Shown here piece after piece: positions 58,820-64,000 of a stretch of 64,000 bases of DNA. The stretch is from Candidatus Eiseniibacteriota bacterium. Its GTDB lineage: Bacteria; Eisenbacteria; RBG-16-71-46. Where the stretch lies: contig JBBRLX010000003.1 of NCBI GenBank assembly GCA_038231135.1, forward strand, positions 64,001-128,000, written 5' to 3'. How positions within the stretch are numbered: position 1 is the stretch's first letter; each line of letters opens with the position of its first letter. The notes under the pieces were generated by a model. That model searched no databases. It saw only the letters and a program-made list of their open reading frames with translations, and was not told the origin of the DNA. The position numbers and the translations under genes were made by a program.

Positions 58820-58861
58820 GCAAGTTGCAACTTGCGGCGCCGCAGACTGCACAGTTAAGCT
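58820..58861 (+). promoter_or_regulatory. Putative promoter with overlapping palindromic operator
   Basis: Perfect palindrome GCAAGTTGCAACTTGC (58820-58835) overlapping TTGCGG-N18-TAAGCT. Confidence 0.5.
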
Positions 58862-58997
58862 GTTGTCACGTCCCGCAACCCTCACGGTGCCCGCGCATAC
58901 CCCTTTGCGCACCCTTGGGCCTTGAGGACAGGACGTCGTTCCTCCATGGGCAACCCATGGTCGAGTTCCCCCGCACCGTCTGGGACCACATCTCCGC

Positions 58998-61900
58998 TTG
59001 CACGACCGCACGGTAGGAACCCCCGGGTGTGTTCCGGCACCGCGTGGCGGGCGCCGCATCGTGGCGTCCATCCTCGCGTTCGCCACGTTCGTCACCGCCA
59101 TGCCGGCGATGGCGCAGACCACCTATACCTGGAACCAGACCGTCTCGGCGCCATGGACCACGGCGTCGAGCTGGACTCCGACGCGCACCACGCCGCAGAC
59201 CACCGACGTGCTGGTGGTGAACGGCACGAACACGCCGGCCGCGATCATCACCGACGTTCCGACCCAGACCATCGGGCGCCTGCGGCTGATCAACGGCGCG
59301 AGCGTCACGGCGAGCGCCACCAGCAATTCGCGCGTGGTGACGCTGAACGGCGCCGGCACCCCGGCGCTCGACATCGGCGCGGGCTCGACCCTCGCGATCC
59401 AGGGCACGCGCGCGATCGAACTCGCGCTCGCGTCGGGAGCGACGGCGACGATCGCCGGCAACGTGTCGTTCCAGGACGCGGCGAACCGGCTCACCTCGCC
59501 CGACGCCGGCGCGATCACGTTCACGAGCGGCGCGGGGTTCACGACGCTCACCGGGTTCACCGGCAATCCGTTCAACAACACCGGCACCGCCGGCATCGCC
59601 GTGTTCCAGAGCGGCTCCACGTATACGCACAACGCGGGCGGCGATCCGTTCGGCCTCGCCGCCCCCGCGTCGAAGGTGGTGTTCCAGAGCGGCAGCACGT
59701 TCGTGGTGCGCAGCGCCGCCGGGTTCGTGGCCAGCGGCCGGACCTACGGGAATCTCACGATCGACAACAACTCGGCCCCGTCGACCTCGGGCACCGGGGC
59801 ATTCCAGTTCCAGACCCTGCTCGTGAAGACGGGGTCGTCGTTCACGCATGCCGGCAGCGGCGCCGCGGCGATCACGATTTCGGGCGACATCACCAGCAGC
59901 GGCACCGGCAACATCGCGATCACCGGCGGCTCGGGCGGCACCACGTTCACGGGGGCCGGCACCCGCACCATCGGCGGCGGCACCGGCACCGGCGGCGTGT
60001 CGCTCAACGGCACCATCACGGTGCCGGGCGGCACCACGCTGGCGTTGTCGCGCGCGATCGGCACCACTGGCACGCTCAGTGTGAACGGCACGCTGCAGGT
60101 GAACTCCAGCGGAGGCGTCAGCGGCACGGTGGTCTACGGACCCGGCACCGGGCTGATCTTCAACAACACCACCGGCGTGGTCACCGTGTCGGGCTCGACG
60201 TCGTACTGGCCCGCCGCGTCGGGCCCGGCGAACGTCACCGTGCTGAGCGGCGCCGGTGTCGGTCTCGCGGCCGGCACGAGCCGGACGGTGACCGGTACGT
60301 TCCGCACGGGCGCGGCATTCACGGGCGGAGTCCGGCTCACCGTCAACGGCCTGCTCCAGATGGATGCGGGGGGCACGATGTCGGGGGCGCCCACGTACGG
60401 ATCCACGGCGGCGCTCGTCTACGGCAGCGGGTCGTTCACGGCCGGACCCGAATGGGGCAGTGGCGCGGTCACCGGCGTCGGGGTGCCCCGCGACGTGGTG
60501 ATCCGTGCCGCGGGCGGCACGGTGACGATGCCGGCATCCGATCGCACGGTTCCGCGCCAGCTCACGATCGGCAGCGGCACGCTGGCGCTGTCGGCGACCG
60601 CGGGCAACCTGATGGTTGGCGGCGACTGGAGCGACTCGGGCAGCGTGGCGACGAACGGCCGCACCGTGGTGCTCAACGGCGCGGGCGCGCAGGGCGTCGG
60701 CCGGGTCGGCGGCGAGACGTTCGGCGTGCTGCAGATCTCGAAGAGCGCGGGCGCCGTGACGCTGGGCTCGAACGTCACGGTGACCTCCGGCGTACAGCTC
60801 GGGACGACGCGGGTCGTCACCGGCGCGAACGAGCTCCGACTGGGGACCGGCGCCACGCTCACGCGCACGAGCGGACTCGTCGACGGCACGCTGCGCAAGC
60901 CGGTTCCGGCCGGGGTGACGTCGGTGCTGTACGAGCTCGGGACCGGCGCCACCTACACGCCCGTCACGCTGGCATTCGGCAACGTGACGGCGGCCGGCAC
61001 GATCGCGACCACCGTGACGGCCGGCGATCATCCCGCGCTGGGATCCGCGCCGATCGATCCCACCCGGTCGGTCAACCGCTGGTGGCAGTTCGCGAACAGC
61101 GGCGTGGCGTTCCAGGGCTGCACCGCGACGTTCAACTATGTCGCCGCCGATCTCGACCCGGGCGTCACCGCGTCGCAGGTCGAAGTCGGCGCCTACGATG
61201 CCCCGGTGTGGTCCGCGCCGGCGCTCGGCGTCGTGACCGCGACCTCGGCGCAGGCCACCCAGCTCGCGTCGCTGCACGACTTCGCCGTTGGCGAGTTCCT
61301 GCCGCACACGATCACCGCGACCGCCGGCGCCAACGGCAGCGTGACCCCGTCCGGCCCGGTGAGCGTCGCCCATCACGGTTCGCAGACGTTCACGATCGCC
61401 CCCGGGGCGCATTATCACATCGGCGACGTCGCGGCGGACTCGGTATCGGTGGGGGCCGTCGCGTCGTACGCGTTCACGAACGTGGTCGCGAACCACCGCC
61501 TCGATGTCGTGTTCGCCGTCGACCGCCAGACCGTGACCGTGACGGCCGATTCGAACGGCGCGGTGACCCGTTCGCCCGACTCGCCCGATTACGCGTACGG
61601 GTCCGTCGTCCAGCTCACCGCGGTCGCCGTCACCGGCTACCATTTCGCCGGCTGGGGCGGCGACGCCACCGGCACCGCGAACCCGCTGTCCCTGACCGTC
61701 GACGGGAACAAGGCGGTGACCGCCGCGTTCGCGATCAACACCTATCCCCTCGACGTCACGATCGGCGGCAGCGGCACCGTTACGCGGTCGCCCAGCCTCT
61801 CGGCCTATCCGCACGGCAGCGTCGTGCAACTCAATGCCTATCCCGCAGCCGGGTACGCGTTCGGCGGCTGGAGCGGCGACGCGTCCGGCAGCGCCACGCC

Positions 61901-64000
61901 GGTGTTCGTCACGATGACGGGCCCCAGGGCCGTGCACGCGGACTTCACGGTCGGATCGTTCCCCGTGCTGGTGAACGTCGTGGGATTCGGCAGCGTCACC
62001 CGCAGCCCCGACCAGCCCAGTTACACGTTCGGGACCGTGGTGACGCTCACCGCGACGCCCGGGCCGGGAGCGCATTTCATCGGCTGGTCCGGCAGCGTCA
62101 ACGGGGCGTCGAATCCCATCACGCTCACGGTCGACGGCAGTAAGAGCGTGACGGCGGCGTTCGATTCGTCGGGCTTCAACTACGTGCTGTCGCGATACGC
62201 GGGCTCGTACTCCGCGATCTCGCCGGCCGGCGGGGCCGGCACGGTGCTGGTCGCGGCGCACGATTCCACACGGTCGATTCCGCTGCCGTTTCCGTTCCGC
62301 TACGCCGGCAATTACTACACGACGAACAACTGGCTGGCGATCAGCGCGAACGGCTACGCGCAGTTGTCACGCGACGCCATCACGTCGAACTCCTCGGCGG
62401 CGTCCGCGAACTCCAACCTGTACAGCCCCGCCGACCCCAACAACACGCTGGCGCCGTGGTACGACGACCTCGCCGTGACGGCCGTCGGCACGAACCCTGC
62501 CGGACAGGTGCTGTACCAGACCAGCGGCAGCGTGGGCTCCCGGAAGCTGACCGTGCAATGGACCGACGTGTCGTCCTATTTCAACATCAACGTGGGACAG
62601 CCGCGCCGCATCAACTTCCAGCTCGTGCTCTACGAAGGGACCGGCGTGATCGACTTCCGCTATGGCCCGATCAGCGGCACGGACTTCAGCTCGCTCGAGT
62701 CCGCGTCGATCGGCATCGAGGACTCGATCGGCGGCAACAATCACTACATCGACGCGATCACCGGTTCGCGGCTCACCAGTTTCGGGATGATGACGACGAA
62801 CAAGTGGCCCACGCGCAACGTGCGGTTCACACCCGGAACGACCACGCCGATTCCGGCGGGTACGCTCAGCGTCGGGCTGTTCAGCGGTTATCCCAGCATT
62901 TCCGAGGCGTTTGCGGACATGAACCAGCGCGGCATCTCGGGGCCGGTGACGCTGGAGCTCACGAACGCGTTCTACGACACGACCACGGCCGGTGGCCATA
63001 CCGTGTTTCCGCTGCTGCTGGGCCCTGTCTCCGGCGCCGATTCGGTGAACACGATCACGATCGAGTCGAACGCCGGCTCGTTCATACGTGACCGTGGCAC
63101 GGATGCGGGGTTGTGCGGGAACCAGACGATCCCGAACGCGATCGGCATCACCAACGAACCGGTGATTGCCGTGCTGGGCGCCGACTACGTCACGATCCGC
63201 AATCTGACGATCGAAGGCGGCAACGCGGTGGATCGCGGCCTGCTTCTGACCAATTCGTCCCGCTCGGACGGCACCCAGCACGCGCTGGTCTACGACGTTT
63301 TCGTGACGCTCGATCGATCCAACATGAATTCGATCGGCGTCCAGCAGATCGCCAGCGTGGCGCCCACCGGGCCCGACGGCACGAACTCCTACAATCGATT
63401 CCTGAACATGACGGTCGAGAACGCCTACTCCGGCATTGCCCTGACGGGCAGCGGCAGCGCGTTCGATGTCGCGTGCGAGATCGGCGGAGCCGCCGGCACC
63501 GGCAATCAGCGGACCACGGTGGGCGGCAGCGCTCCCGGTGACATCGGCGGGGGCGCCGCGCCGGTGTTCGGAGTCCGGGCCGTGAACCAGTTCGGCCTGC
63601 TGCTCCGCAGCACGGAGGTGCGCAACCTGCTCGGCACGGGCGTGGGGAACGTGGACGGCATCGATGTCGAGAGCCAGGGAGTGCTCACCCCGAGCCATGG
63701 TGTGCTCGAGGTGTCGGGGAACCTCATCCACGACCTGTCGAATTCATCGCCCGCCGCCGGCCGCGTGACGGGCTTGCGCGTCGCGGCCACCGCGAACGCC
63801 ACGAGCACCATCCTCGCCTACAACAACATGGTCTACGGCCTGGAGTCGGCGAGCACTTCCACGCTGTCGCGGAAGGTCGTCGGCATCCTCGCCCAGGAAT
63901 CTTCCAATGGCATCGGCGGGACGCTCGACATCGATTTCAATTCGGTGCGGCTCGAGTCGTCGCGGCTCGCCTGCCCCAACACGTGTTTCGAGATCGGGAC
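58998..64000 (+). CDS. Giant secreted adhesin-like protein, 3' partial (>1660 aa); absent from the ORF track because no stop lies in the window
   Basis: Frame opens after TGA at 58923; probable TTG start; signal peptide ..AMPAMA/QTTYTW; G/T/S-rich beta-helix; four InlB-B-like repeats; SIPLPFPF..LAPWYDDL module; segments read at start, middle and end share one frame. Confidence 0.85.
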   Translation, partial: MHDRTVGTPGCVPAPRGGRRIVASILAFATFVTAMPAMAQTTYTWNQTVSAPWTTASSWTPTRTTPQTTDVLVVNGTNTPAAIITDVPTQTIGRLRLINGASVTASATSNSRVVTLNGAGTPALDIGAGSTLAIQGTRAIELALASGATATIAGNVSFQDAANRLTSPDAGAITFTSGAGFTTLTGFTGNPFNNTGTAGIAVFQSGSTYTHNAGGDPFGLAAPASKVVFQSGSTFVVRSAAGFVASGRTYGNLTIDNNSAPSTSGTGAFQFQTLLVKTGSSFTHAGSGAAAITISGDITSSGTGNIAITGGSGGTTFTGAGTRTIGGGTGTGGVSLNGTITVPGGTTLALSRAIGTTGTLSVNGTLQVNSSGGVSGTVVYGPGTGLIFNNTTGVVTVSGSTSYWPAASGPANVTVLSGAGVGLAAGTSRTVTGTFRTGAAFTGGVRLTVNGLLQMDAGGTMSGAPTYGSTAALVYGSGSFTAGPEWGSGAVTGVGVPRDVVIRAAGGTVTMPASDRTVPRQLTIGSGTLALSATAGNLMVGGDWSDSGSVATNGRTVVLNGAGAQGVGRVGGETFGVLQISKSAGAVTLGSNVTVTSGVQLGTTRVVTGANELRLGTGATLTRTSGLVDGTLRKPVPAGVTSVLYELGTGATYTPVTLAFGNVTAAGTIATTVTAGDHPALGSAPIDPTRSVNRWWQFANSGVAFQGCTATFNYVAADLDPGVTASQVEVGAYDAPVWSAPALGVVTATSAQATQLASLHDFAVGEFLPHTITATAGANGSVTPSGPVSVAHHGSQTFTIAPGAHYHIGDVAADSVSVGAVASYAFTNVVANHRLDVVFAVDRQTVTVTADSNGAVTRSPDSPDYAYGSVVQLTAVAVTGYHFAGWGGDATGTANPLSLTVDGNKAVTAAFAINTYPLDVTIGGSGTVTRSPSLSAYPHGSVVQLNAYPAAGYAFGGWSGDASGSATPVFVTMTGPRAVHADFTVGSFPVLVNVVGFGSVTRSPDQPSYTFGTVVTLTATPGPGAHFIGWSGSVNGASNPITLTVDGSKSVTAAFDSSGFNYVLSRYAGSYSAISPAGGAGTVLVAAHDSTRSIPLPFPFRYAGNYYTTNNWLAISANGYAQLSRDAITSNSSAASANSNLYSPADPNNTLAPWYDDLAVTAVGTNPAGQVLYQTSGSVGSRKLTVQWTDVSSYFNINVGQPRRINFQLVLYEGTGVIDFRYGPISGTDFSSLESASIGIEDSIGGNNHYIDAITGSRLTSFGMMTTNKWPTRNVRFTPGTTTPIPAGTLSVGLFSGYPSISEAFADMNQRGISGPVTLELTNAFYDTTTAGGHTVFPLLLGPVSGADSVNTITIESNAGSFIRDRGTDAGLCGNQTIPNAIGITNEPVIAVLGADYVTIRNLTIEGGNAVDRGLLLTNSSRSDGTQHALVYDVFVTLDRSNMNSIGVQQIASVAPTGPDGTNSYNRFLNMTVENAYSGIALTGSGSAFDVACEIGGAAGTGNQRTTVGGSAPGDIGGGAAPVFGVRAVNQFGLLLRSTEVRNLLGTGVGNVDGIDVESQGVLTPSHGVLEVSGNLIHDLSNSSPAAGRVTGLRVAATANATSTILAYNNMVYGLESASTSTLSRKVVGILAQESSNGIGGTLDIDFNSVRLESSRLACPNTCFEIG

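Overview
GC-rich bacterial chromosomal window. The gene content suggests a diderm FCB-related lineage such as Ca. Eisenbacteria (inference from T9SS/FlgD-type C-terminal domains, PorV-like, GWxTD and FG-GAP genes). Positions 1-11.8 kb are an accessory zone at tRNA-Glu(CTC). It holds a decayed tyrosine integrase, a 366-bp internally deleted IS3 element, FG-GAP surface proteins, a broken NitT/TauT ABC importer with an IS5 fragment, a MacA plus 2x MacB efflux module without ATPase, and a methyltransferase. Positions 12-20.7 kb carry a CapD/PglF-phosphoglycosyltransferase fusion and a GT4, both with degenerate transferase motifs, followed by PrsK/PrsR-like genes and a deoxynucleoside kinase. Positions 20.7-25.8 kb are a FimU-PilV-PilW-PilX minor pilin operon with a 991-aa adhesin-fused PilW. 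Positions 26-41.8 kb encode M23, M6, GWxTD and NlpC/P60 proteins, a porin-like barrel, and a TonB receptor/CTD cargo/PorV-like trio. Positions 41.8-58.7 kb encode gdh, a beta-barrel plus two lipoproteins, and the run mreBCD-mrdA-rodA-lgt-aroE-comF-cbiMQO-rarA. A giant secreted adhesin-like ORF starts near 59 kb and runs off the window. All calls come from reading motifs by eye; no database searches were run.
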